DNA of 62,829 nucleotides, filler included, from Rhabdomonas costata (taxonomy: Eukaryota): NCBI GenBank assembly GCA_019059605.1. It is 22 parts of 22 records of this genome, joined end to end, with 100 filler letters (N's around TTAATTAATTAA, not from the genome) between each part and the next. Parts side by side here need not be neighbours in the genome. Positions count along the whole stretch, not along the records: positions 48,654 to 51,410 come from JAHMHO010002142.1; positions 51,511 to 54,267 come from JAHMHO010002143.1; positions 54,368 to 57,122 come from JAHMHO010002144.1; positions 57,223 to 59,973 come from JAHMHO010002145.1; positions 60,074 to 62,829 come from JAHMHO010002146.1; 17 more parts are not named here. The stretch is one strand, 5' to 3'. This document shows, in pieces, positions 51,215-62,829 of the stretch; the stretch's first letter is position 1, and each line of letters starts with the position of its first letter. A program made the translations under genes and the position numbers. The notes beneath the pieces were generated by a model, which searched no databases, was not told the origin of the DNA, and saw only the letters and a program-made list of their open reading frames with translations.

Positions 51215-52600
51215 GTTTGCGCCCCAACGTTAAATCGGTAGTGGGGGGGATAGTTCCCCAACGTTTTGGATTTTTCCATGGGGGTGTACCCACAATAATT
51301 TACGTTCGGCGAATCCCTTGAAATGGTCAAAATTGTCACTTTTGACCATTTCAAGGGATTCGCCGAACGTAAATTATTGTGGGTACACCCCCATGGAAAA
51401 AACCAAACCCNNNNNNNNNNNNNNNNNNNNNNNNNNNNNNNNNNNNNNNNNNNNTTAATTAATTAANNNNNNNNNNNNNNNNNNNNNNNNNNNNNNNNNN
51501 NNNNNNNNNNTTGTGTGGGTAGACACCTACACTACATTGTCGAAAGAGGCGCACCACGACATTATCCGAAGTGAAGGGAAACCGGGGCATCAGCCCTGTT
51601 TCAGCCCTTCCCGCATGGAAAGAATTTTCGGATACAGAGGAGCAAAGTGCAACCCCTCCCTTTAGAAACCAAAGTGAAGAGGCGTGTTTCAGAGTGCCCG
51701 GAATACAGGCTGCCTTTCTTTCTGCAGCCCTTTGCGTGATTGGTAGTGGTCCGCAGGCCTTCGCTCAATTCATCTTCGGTCCTTCGCTGGGCGTCCTTCG
51801 TCACAGCCTTTTTATTGGACTGCGTCCACGTATCTGAAGGTCTGCGCTTGTACATTTTTCGCAGAGAACAGTCGGCAACAAGTCACCAGGCTGCGGGTTC
51901 TTAATTTTGACCCGCACAGTTCTGAAGCTCAATGGTAACTTCCTTTTGTTTTGCCCTCCGGTATTTGCTCTGAGCGGTTGTTCTCCTCTTTCTCGCGCTT
52001 TCTGTTTCACGTAATACAGGAAGATCGACTGCCTTGGGGATTTAGCGTATGCCAATCGAAGCATCTCTCGTGTGAGGAATCTCTACTGCTCCTTCGTCAG
52101 CGGGGATGTGGAGCGGTTTCTTCGCGCTCTAAACTGCCGGTATTTGTCATTGTCGCCCTCGTTTCCCCTCCCAAAATCGCGCAGGTCGTGCTTTTTCAAC
52201 CTCATTCTGTGGACACCAGTCCTTGCTTGCTTCGATTGATGATGAGGTTGAGCTTTGTCGCCTTCTTTTCTCATGATGTCCCTTCAGGCTGACCTACGAA
52301 ATGTTCAAAGAGGGATGGTGCTTTGCCAAAGACAACGTCCTTTGCAAAGTCTATCGGCTGTTTAAGGTGCTGGATTTGTGTCTTTGATGTATTGCATTGC
52401 TTAGATACACAGCTAGCAAGGGCTCTCTCCGGCAGTGATTTGCGCACTGTCATGTACTTTCCCGCCCCTCCCCCCGTCCTTTCGCCTTTGCTGGTGGCCT
52501 TTCCGCTTTTCCATGTGTGGTACTTTGCTGCTTCACGGTATTTTTCTTCACGTGCTTCATTTTTCAGCTGGCGTCTTCTGGGCAGCTCTCGGGTATGCAG

Positions 52601-54196
52601 CTAGTCAGCGAGGACTACGTCGTGGAGGTCACCTTGGTGGGTCCTGCGGAGGCCACTCTTGACGCCGAGTCTGAGCTCGTCAGCTTTGTCGGCCTTCTGC
52701 ATCCGTACGCAGCGTCTGCCAACTTTGCTGTGCTTTTTGCTCACCACACGCACACTCTTTCTGTCATGGGCCAGTATCTTATTCACCCGTCTCCTGCTGA
52801 ATGCCCGCTTCCGTGGCAATGGGCAGTGCAAGGGTGTGCCGACCTTTTTTTGACCGAAACCGTTGGCTTTGGCATAGCTATTAAGTTCGTTCATTGTGGG
52901 TCCCTTTTTCTTGGTTGGGTCTTACTCCGGTCCTCTCAGACACGTTACCTGCTCGAAGGATGGCATTGTCTGACAAGCTCCTCCTCCTTGATCTTGTTGC
53001 CGCTGCTCTCCTGGTTCCCATGGACCGGGAGGCGCCTAAGGGGGCACACACCCCTGCCTCGAGCGAGCGCTCGACGGATTTCCACGGGAATCAGGGCGGC
53101 CCGAGATGATACCTCCTGGTGACAGCTGCTGGTGCAGATCTTCGTCGTGGACTTGCACATTGTTGGGATGTGATTTCCTGCACTTAGTATCAAACAAGAA
53201 TCGGAACCGTCTTGTCGCAGCACACACTAAGTGCGGACGGCTGTGTGTGCCCACTCCTCCGTACCTTTTCAAAGTTCGGACCTCTGCTATTTTTTCCTCA
53301 TCTAAATCGTACAGCTGCTGTTCATTTTTTGGTAACGACTCTTTCGGGGGGTATGCGACACCAACGTACCCCTTTGCATTTTGCCATTGAGGCAGGCAAT
53401 GGTCGTGCCACTCTTGATCCTGGCACAATTGAGAAAGATAGAGGTCACCGCAATGTTTTCTTTTGGCTTACTTCTTGCTCTGTTTGTTTTTCATGGATGC
53501 GCATGCTGTTGCAGCTGCTCCTCTTCTCTCTTGGGGCTGTCTCTGAGATGCTGGCCAGCTTTGCATGGCATGACGCCTTTGCCGCGGCCGTTAGGAGTGT
53601 GGCTGCAAGCGTGGCTGCTGTTAATGGTGGGCTTGCAAATTTTTCTTGGCGGGGGGGAGGCCAGGCAGGGGCCCAGCATGGCGGCACCCCAGTGCAATCG
53701 TGAACTGCGTTTTCACTTCAACTGGAGCTGCGGGTTGTGCTGCGAGCAAATCTGGTTTCCTCCAGGTGCGGCCGCAAAGATGTTAACCTGCTGGGGGGAT
53801 TTTAAGCCCTCTCCGGGGTGATTTTGGAGCTGCACTCTGCTTCGGGTGTCTGTGATCTGACGCAAGTGCGATAGGGATGATCGCATTGTTGTGCTCGTTA
53901 ATGACCCCCCCCCTCCGATCGAAAGATTGTCAGCGGCACCCTGCATTGGTCGATAGTTAGTCCCCTGTCTTCTGTACGCGGCGAGATCTGCGCGTGCCTT
54001 TTACTTCCCCCATGTTTGCAGAATACCGTTGCACATGATTTCATGGTGTCGTTCTTTGCCTCCGGTCTCCCTGTGTTGTTGTTGTTGCCGTCGTTGTTGA
54101 TCAGGAAATCCCACCCTGAAGCTTCAGGTGTTGCCATATTGCTGGGCATCCCATAAGTTTGCGGACGAGGAGCTCACCAGTTCCTTTTGGAAAAAT
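52601..54196 (+). CDS. Hypothetical protein exons (product unrecognised)
   Basis: AG/GT-bounded coding-like segments LVSEDYVVEVTLVGPAEATLDAESELVSFVGLLH and GNPTLKLQVLPYCWASHKFADEELTSSFWKN. Confidence 0.35.
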
Positions 54197-54662
54197 GTGC
54201 GTCACAACACACCCACACGCACGCAAACACACACACACCCCCACAACCCCCAAACACACCCCAACACNNNNNNNNNNNNNNNNNNNNNNNNNNNNNNNNN
54301 NNNNNNNNNNNTTAATTAATTAANNNNNNNNNNNNNNNNNNNNNNNNNNNNNNNNNNNNNNNNNNNNTGTGTTTTTGATGAGTGTCGCTAAACACTTTCT
54401 CGACCCTGTTTCTCGCACTGTAGAATCCTGTAGAATCCTAGAAATACTGGATCTTCCACCCGGCCTCGTCTCCGCCACCCATCGTGCACGAAAGAACGCG
54501 ATCACGGGGCACGGGGACCAGCACCTTTGCAGCGAGCAATTGTTACACACAACACACAGTGACGGGAACTACTGTACACATCAAAACAAACCCATGCCAA
54601 CACTCCCAGCCATGCGCACAGCGGGTCGACCCCAGTGATGTGGCCCTACGGGACACGACTCC

Positions 54663-56570
54663 TCAAGCGCTGGAGGAAACGGCCGCCTCGGCCCCGGCAC
54701 GCCGGGAGAGTTTCAGGAAGCCCTCCCGGCAGCGCTGCTTGAGATTCCCCACATAGTCCACCCAGGCCTCCTGGAACTCCGCCCCGGTCACCGCGCCGGG
54801 CTTCACGTACACAGTCCGAACAAACTTCTGCCCTGTAGGGTTGGTGATACACCGCTGAACACTTACACCCATTGAATGTCCTTAAATTACTCGCTCTCAG
54901 GTCGGCATTCCGAGAAGGTTAACTCTTGGGTACTTTGTTTAAATGTGCGTTGTGCTGGAGGAGGGGAAGCATGGAATCTTTACAGAACTCCCAAAAGTCA
55001 GGAGACTCGAAACAGTCCTCGCACAGTTCACTGGAAGACTCCAAGTATACATCTTGGGAGAACAATGGAAGGCGGGCGTTTTTCCTCAAATGATCACCAC
55101 TGAACAAAAGAAAAGTGAGTCCCCATCCACAACTCCCGTTTCCCTCAGCAAACCTTCCATCAGCACGGAGTAGACAACCGTGCCGTCGCTCCACCGATCC
55201 TCAAATTGCACGTCAGCATAAACTGCGCAACCAAAGAGATATGCAGCAGGCCGGTGACCGGTACATTGTGCTGAAAATCACCGCTCTATCTAACCAGCGG
55301 CGACATGGTGGTGTTTGTGGCGGCAGTTGTAGCGATGGTAAGTTTATCTTTTCACCCCCTCTTGAGCCAAGTTTCCTGTGCGGAAATTGCCACATATTTG
55401 GAATGGTGAAGAAGCTCGGATAGCAGCTCATCCCACCTCTTTACATTCTTGCAAACACTGACGCCACAGGCGACACACCCGTCACCGCTGGGATGGGGCT
55501 CTGGTTTGTCGGCTTGGAGAACAGGAACCTCATCGTAGGGTACGGGTTGTGGGGCGCCACACTGGAGGCGGGCAGCAGGCTGCACGTGAATTGGTAGCTC
55601 AGGGAAAACTTGCGAAAGATCTCGCATGCCTCCTGCGAGTGAAAGAGAAAAGTCACCCCCCTCCCCCTCCCAAAAACAAAGAAAGCTGCTTTGCCGTGCA
55701 CTTGGTCAGCCAGACACCATGTGCAAGTACATAAACGTCAGCAGTGACCAGGGAAGTGGCAAGGGAAAGGGGGCATCAAGCTGGTCACGTCACAGGGTTC
55801 GCAGCGAAAAGTTCCGGGTAGTGGGGCCAATAAAAACCAGAGAAGCATGGGATGGTGCACGCTGGGTCCCACCTTCTGAATATCAAGGGGGGACATCGGC
55901 GCCTCTGCCATTTTCGGAACGGCTCCGGACAAGAAATACAACAGTGAGTCAACAAGCAGAGAGATACCTGGAGAGAGTGTGAGGTGAAAGGGGTGAACTG
56001 AGTTGAGCAGCTGAATGATCTGATGTGTTATTGGAGTGACTCGCGTTTCGACCCTGGCGGAGTGGTTGGGTCATCATCATCTCTTCGTTGGGTTCTTTGC
56101 GACTGTGGGGTGGAGATCGACTTTTTAGGGGATGCTTCGCATCTCAAATCGCAGGATGGGTCGGGTTCTGGGGGTGACGTGATGTGCACTGGGGCTAGAG
56201 ATACCTGGAGAGAGAGAGAGAGAACGCCACGCTCAACAGGGGCAGTCTGGAACCCAAAGGAGTCAAAGGAACCTTGCACACCGCGGGTTATCTCATTTTA
56301 CATTTCGCATTTCTTTCTCCTGTAGAAAAACAGCCCCTGGTTTCGACACCGGAAGTTCAGGAAGCTCCCCAACACTTGCGAGTGCAAATAATCCAAAAGC
56401 CAAACAAACATTTCGGAAAATTCGGAAAATGAATGGAATTTCTATATAAAAAGCGAGAAACTGAGACAGACCCAATGGTGCGACTGGTAGACCCCGGCGA
56501 CTGGAACACGGATGCGGCGCGGGCGCGTGTACGGATGCAACTCATTGCAGATATTGATGTTGCACGAGCA
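54663..56570 (-). CDS. Hypothetical protein, 3' exons
   Basis: Exon-like segments CNELHPYTRPRRIRVPVAGVYQSHHW|, EACEIFRKFSLSYQF..| and GQKFVRTVYVKPG..AWVDYVGNLKQR..* with GT-AG boundaries. Confidence 0.55.
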
Positions 56571-57719
56571 GTAATTTCGTAATTTCCGTTGTATTCTCCG
56601 CGGCAGGATAGAGTGCCTCCGAGCGCACAACAACCACCTTCAGTATGGGTGCTTACGCCCAGTTCACTTCCCGTTTATTTCGGGAGGGAGCTCAACAACG
56701 GTGGACGGCCGCGCAGAGGAAAACTGAGGCCAGCACCAGCGGCTGGCGGTATGTGCATTGTTTTACATGTCACAAGCGAACCCACGCGGCGGCGAGTTCA
56801 ATTACACAGAAGAAAACGCGCGCGGCGAAGCGAGTAAGATACCAGTCGACGTCTTCTGCAAGGGAGCATGCGTTTACACCAACGTCGAACCCTTATAACC
56901 TGACAAACACGTAACGTACATGCCAAGCAAAACAAAGCACAGGCCCCCCGATGGGGGAGGGGGGGTATGCCCAAACCATCCCTTGGGCTATTGAAGGTCT
57001 CAAGCTGCTTGTCACAGTGGATTGCCACACCCTCAGAACCTCAGACTGCGGGTGTGGCAATCCACTGTGACAAGCAGCTTGAGACCTTCAATAGCCCAAG
57101 GGATGGTTTGGGCACACCCCCCNNNNNNNNNNNNNNNNNNNNNNNNNNNNNNNNNNNNNNNNNNNNTTAATTAATTAANNNNNNNNNNNNNNNNNNNNNN
57201 NNNNNNNNNNNNNNNNNNNNNNCCCCCCGCATATCAGGAACGAAAGCGGTGTGTGAGAGGCTCGGGTTCGGATTAGGTTCCATAGAAACGAAGCACACAG
57301 AGCGTAAGTTCCCCCCCTGACAGTAAACCACTGCCGTGAGGGGGGGGGGAGAAAACGAAAAGGGTTCGGGGTTGTTGTATGGCACCCCAACAAATATCGC
57401 GGAATCCATTACAGGCACTCCCCTTCCCTATGGAAGCTCAGCTTTAGTACCCCGCGGAAACCTCAGAGCAACGTATCGCGCTGTTTCGCTGCCCAATTCG
57501 AGCCGCCTGGGCGGCAGTTAGTTAGTCCCTGCATGCGATCTTGGGTAATGCGTAATGACCTTGTCCCCCTCCTGTACGGCTATGTGGGGGCCAGTAAGTA
57601 TTGCGGAGGGTACCCCACAAAAGCAAGCAAATCAAAACAAGCCAGCTTGACAGCAAGTTTGAGGGCAAATGGGGAGAGGGATGGGGTGGGATGGGGTAGG
57701 GGTCGAACCCGAGGCCCGT

Positions 57720-59580
57720 TTGTTCTGGCAGTTGTGGACGGCCTGCCGGGCCGCCGCAATGATGTACTGAACCGCCTTTGGAATGTTCCCTCCAGCACTG
57801 TAGTGCGAGACCAGGATCTCAGGCTCCGTGTCCGGCTCCTTCTCCAGCAGCTCTGCCACCTTCAGGTGGATCTGATGTGCCCACCGTCGACGCATGCTAA
57901 CCCAGTCACCTGTCCTACTGGTACAAGGCATTGGGAAAGCTACCCCATAGTGATACCTTTGTCGGGACCCGCAATATGCTGCGCTCAGAATTCTAATATA
58001 CTTCGCTTCAGTGCCCACTCCCCGCAGCCCGCTAACGCAACACGCTCATACGGCAGATGCAACGAAGTCGCTTTCTTCCAGCAACAGCAAAGAGACTCAC
58101 CAGAACAAATCATTTTTGTGGGCCCCGAACATCGTGAATCGAAGGAGCTGCGACGGACTTGCTTTGTGGTCTTGCTTGGCTTTGTTGAGGAGTAAAAAAA
58201 GCCAGCACAAAACACGCACAGAATGCATTTCATGACAAGGCAGTCACGGGCACATAGTGACACCTCCTTGCGGCGTTGGAAGAGCAGAGAGTTGTACAGC
58301 ACAGAGACCATGATATTAAGCTTGAAGCTGCAGTGCTCCTCTGCCTTCATCGAAACTCGCGAGGACCTTCGGCCGGGCCTTGGGAAAAGCCAGTATAATC
58401 ATCACACATCCATCCAAATGCACACAGGAGGTAACAAGAGACAGCGTCCCCTCGGGAAACATACATTAAAAATTTGAGAAACACAAATACCGCTTTCCAT
58501 TCCCTGCGCAATTAACCTAACCCATACCTTTAAATTAGAATCCTTCAAGGGCACGCCCACACAGACGGGGGTTCCAGAAGTACAAACGACGGATCAGCAA
58601 ACAAAGACATATAGGATGAACAATACCTCGTGTTCTCGTGAACTGGCAAAAAGGTTGGAGATAAGTGGTAGATAAAGGTAATACGATGGAATATACTCAA
58701 GATATGATGACCAAAATGTTTGCGGAAGTTTTCGCAGCCACTCTTTCTGAGCCCAAATGAGCACTCGCAGAAATAATCCCCCACCACGCCAAAATGGAAC
58801 TCGCGGAAAGGCACGCACACCTTCCCACACTGTGGCGAAAGCTTGTGGTGATGAATCCCTTAGCCTCGAGCTCGATCAGAGCCTGGAAGACCTCGCCTTG
58901 GGGCTGCACATGCGCAGAACGACATTTGACACACAGCGCACAGCCTGCCCGACGGGAACAATTTGGGGAACGGTCACTGGTGAAGTGGAATTAGAAAACT
59001 TCCTGAAACCGCCATTTTTCCCCAAAATTGGGTCAGTGCTCTCAGCACGTCAGCACTCTCGGAACACTGCTCGGTTAAAAACTGGACTGTACAATTGCGA
59101 TCGTGGACGAAAGGGATAACATCGCTGGGTGGATTTTGTCATTGGTTTGGTATTTGTGCAGGTCGTGTTCTGAAATCCTGCCCGCTTCCTCCCCTCCCCT
59201 CACACCCCAGGCATAGCTGTTACGGCAATCTTTCTGCCACCAGCCACCGGTGGGCTCTCAAATTTTCTCCCACTTCCTGGTCATGTCTCGGATGCGAGCA
59301 AACACTCGGTTTCTGGGTTTATCAAGAAAATCCGCCCAGCAGCAGAAACCCCCTCAACTCGTACCCACACAGACCTGCTCCACCAAGTTTGCCAGCAGGC
59401 TGACCGTGAAGGTCTTGCCCACCACGCTGGCCATCTTCAGCAGGAAGGCCTGCGCGGGGTCTAAGCGGTCGCACCGGCTCAGGATGCTCCCCTCGATGCT
59501 GCTAGGGATGGCCAGGCGGTCGGCGTCAGTGAGCTCTGGGCTCAGCCGCGCTATCCCATCGGCGATCGAGATGTGCTGCC
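57720..59580 (-). CDS. ADCY10-like STAND NTPase, winged-helix/TPR region (partial)
   Basis: IPSSIEGSILSRCDRLDPAQAFLLKMASVVGKTFTVSLL, QALIELEAKGFI, SFKLNIMVSVLYNSLLFQRRKE, IHLKVAELLE..LVSHYSAGGNIPKAVQY. Confidence 0.8.
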
Positions 59581-60892
59581 CGTCCCTGCCACCCACCCAT
59601 CCGGCAAACCCAACCACACATACTCCACGCCACTTCCTCTAAAGAAGGTCTTCAGAGCATCACCACAGCACCCAGCGACCGCCACAACCATGGATTGCTG
59701 TGCGGGAACTTGGGAACTGCAGCCAGCAGAGGCGCGCCGCCAACCAGGACGTAGCTAACTCTCCATTCACCTCTTATGATGAACCTTTTGGGCTTTCTCT
59801 CTCTCTCTCTTTTAGCTTGCAACCTGCCCATGGTTATTGTCATTATTTTGAGAAGCCAGCTGCTTTTATCACCTTCTGACGTCGCCGTGGGGAAAACTGT
59901 GCCTATTCAGTTTTCCCCACGGCGACGTCAGAAGGTGATAAAAGCAGCTGGCTTCTCAAAATAATGACAACAANNNNNNNNNNNNNNNNNNNNNNNNNNN
60001 NNNNNNNNNNNNNNNNNTTAATTAATTAANNNNNNNNNNNNNNNNNNNNNNNNNNNNNNNNNNNNNNNNNNNNGTTTGTGGGTGGAGGTTGATGTAGGTG
60101 GGGGGTGGGTTCGTGTTTAGCTGTGGTCTGTCGTCTGCGGATGAGTTTTCTCTCTGGTCGCCTTCCTTGGAGCTTCACCCCCACTCCCGCCCTGCGGGGA
60201 AAACTGGTTCTAAAAATCTCAACCCCCTCCATCCGTACAACAATACGCACCTTACGAAGTGCTTTAGCGATTGCCGCATAGTGGGAAGATATCGGCTAGC
60301 AAAGAAGACGTTATAAGCAGAATCCTCACCAGGCTTGTCAAAAAGATGTTTTAAAAAGAAAAAGAGGCCGGTTACAAACGGTTACAAAGAGGGATACCTT
60401 TCTCATTGTGCTCCTTCTTTCGAAAACTGCAAGAAAGGCGTGGCCGTCAGCGAACGCGATGTGGCATCAGCCTTTTTCGCAATAATGGAAAAGTCCAGGC
60501 ACCCTTTAGTAAGTCCCGGTTATCCTCGTTTTTAATATTGTTTCAATATGGTTCAAAATGTAAAAACCTCCGTTTTAAAACGACGCCGCGAAATCGCTTC
60601 TTTTTCTCGAAACTTTTGCAAACGTGGGACCTGGTTCCCGAGGCGTTGCGCACACGCACTTGAACACCGCCCGAACATAGGTGGTGCTCTTAGGAGACCC
60701 TGCTCAGCAGTAACCGTCGTGTTAAGCGTCAGAAAACACTTAGCAACATAAGTTTGGAGTCCTACGGTTGTGCATATATATTCACTGGGCAACCTTCATC
60801 TCACCTGAACCAGTGGATCCAGGGGATCCCCATATTTTCGCACACGAAAAAATACGAAAACACACTTTCTTGCCTTATGCTCACGTGCATAG

Positions 60893-62196
60893 GGCGCGAT
60901 CACCTTTGAGCCCTCCAGTGTGATGGCCTACGTGATCCATCTGCTGGACCCCAACGCGGACCCCACGCTGAGCGCCCTGGAGCGCTTGGAGAGCTGGATG
61001 AGCTACAACCAGACTGCCAATCTCTCGCATGTCCCCATGGCGAGGTACTTCGAGATCTTCACCACGAAGCTGGACCTTTTGGAGAAGGTTCTTGACCTCC
61101 TTCGTTCCGTCGGTCTTGTTGGTTATGCGCGCAGCATTGCTGCGATGTACACTGAAAATGGTGCATATCGCCGCCATACGGAGACCGTTTGCGGCTTTTG
61201 AGGCCAGCTTGACCAGTGTTCAGCAACAGTGCAATGGTGAGAAAGTAAGGTGAGGGGGTCGGGTCCTGATTTTTACAAGCGATACCGTGCCTTCCCACCT
61301 GCAACCTGTGTCCTTCATGGAGTTATTGTGGGCAGGCAAACTATTACAGCGTTTATGCTCGCAGAATCTGCTTAAAACCCGCAAATTTGACTGCTAAGCG
61401 AAAATGGCAAAAGAACGTGACTTTTCTAGCAGCCTATCGGCCCAACAGGATTCTTTCGTGTTGTGGTTTGATTGAATTCTCACTTTCTGCAATTCCCGGA
61501 GAATGAAAACCTGTCAGTTTCTTCGGCTCTTTCGGCCCCAGGGTCAGCTGTACATCGCCGATGATGCCATCACCGCGGTGAAGCCCATTCGCGACAAAGC
61601 CATACTTGTATCGCCATCCTTTTCCCATACCACCCAAACCACTCCCCTTCCAGACCAAAGCAGCAAGCCAGCACATTTTCCCTTGACTTCAAAAATTGCA
61701 CCCACCCAATCGCCGAATCTCCACATTGATAACTATTCCTCCACAAAAGAACACCCCAATTCGACGATTGTTGGATGCTGCCTTCAGTGCTCCCGAGCTC
61801 TCAGAATACTCTGAGCGAAATTTTGTGCCATCTGACTCAGTGTTTTGGTGGTGGTCGGGTTGTCCGAATACCATGTCAGCATTGATAATAGCATCTTTTC
61901 CCCATATTTTGCCCGTGCCACCTCAAAAGTGTTAGGTGCTACCAATTTGTTACCTTTTGGGGCTATTGTAAAGAAGAAGAAAAAACTGTGTAAACGATGC
62001 CAGCACAGTTGCTTAATGTGCATTGGAAGCTCCTACGTTCAGGTTGCGTCCTTTTGGGATACACCGACCCTTCTTCTGTGTTTTTGCGGGCGTTGGACAG
62101 ATGATGGCGGTTTACAGCGTGATCCTCGCGGTCGTGGCGTTTTGCAGCGTCCTGGTGGTGGCTCAGCTGCGGGCGGAAATTGTAGAGATGGATGAG
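60893..62196 (+). CDS. Membrane receptor-like protein: NIT-like sensor region followed by a transmembrane helix (partial)
   Basis: ARYFEIFTTKLDLLEKV resembles the NIT-domain WFxxxTxRIDLLxxV motif. TM exon MMAVYSVILAVVAFCSVLVVA. GT-AG boundaries. Confidence 0.45.
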
Positions 62197-62829
62197 GTTT
62201 GCCTATCCCCCGTGAGGTCCTTCTTCCACTTTGTGAGCGATATGAGAAAAGGTGACTGTGACAAGGTGGGGCCGCGAGGCACTTTCAGACGAGCTGGAGT
62301 GTGGCAGTTGTACTGTTCTTTGAGCGGGGGTCGTTCCAGGTGGGCCTGCGTGTCCTTTTCAGACGAGCCTTTCGCCTTTTCTTGCGAAGGCACTCTCTGG
62401 ATGATTTTATGCCTGTGAACTGAGCTTAAGGTTCAGCATTTGTCTGAAGTGTCTGGCAGTGCCTCCGCCGTACGCACATATATCTGCCGTTTTTTTTAAG
62501 TTTCCTCCTTACAGCGATCATGCTCTACCTTCCACCGCGATTAAGAACTAATGCATACAATTTGCTTGGTCTTTGATGTCTCATTCCCATGATCTCCGGC
62601 TCTCTTCGGCTGGGTCACCGCAATCCCATCTTTCACACCAACGTTCCCTTTGCTCTGTAGCGCACACCTACATTACTTTAGCTTGAAGGCTGCTGATTGG
62701 TCTGCAAGTGATGCTCCTGTAGGCTCAGTGGCTTATTTGTTCTTTCACCATCTTTTTCTGTGTACGGTAACTTTGAAGTTGCAAAGACACATGAAAAATA
62801 GGAATCAGGGACCAAGTAATAGCTTCGCT

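Noticed and set aside
51268-51403. Long near-perfect palindrome
   Set aside because: Contig-terminal fold-back ending in a primer-like A/C tail. Likely artefact.
56960-57122. Long inverted repeat resembling a pre-miRNA or MITE
   Set aside because: Terminal position and near-perfect identity fit a WGA chimera.
59837-59970. Long perfect hairpin
   Set aside because: Same contig-end fold-back pattern.

Overview
This window is not one locus. It is 22 unrelated contigs of about 2.75-2.80 kb, joined by an artificial 100-nt linker (N44-TTAATTAATTAA-N44). Most contig ends carry G/T-only 5' and A/C-only 3' tails, and several end in fold-back inversions, which points to a whole-genome-amplified single-cell or low-input assembly. 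Most contigs are nuclear DNA of an intron-rich protist with mainly GT-AG introns. They carry fragments of a DEAH helicase, an ABCG transporter, TPR, Kelch, LRR, YTH, MO25, AMP deaminase, ADCY10-like STAND, DM14-repeat, DC3-like EF-hand and NIT-like genes, plus a decayed Ty3/gypsy element. Three contigs stand out. (1) 25802-28560 has a GT-skewed left arm, an AC-skewed right arm and isolated fragments resembling nad5 and cox2 (weakly nad9 and nad1), like a diplonemid-style fragmented mitochondrial chromosome. (2) 37226-39982 is an AT-rich, intronless giant-virus-like (Mimiviridae-type) contig with an mRNA capping enzyme, a hairpin terminator, an orphan ORF and a miniature eIF4G. (3) 14326-17085 is a 2633-bp circular or tandem unit with 127-bp terminal direct repeats and two decayed tRNA-like motifs. 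All protein identities come from motif recognition and recalled family consensus, not from database searches.
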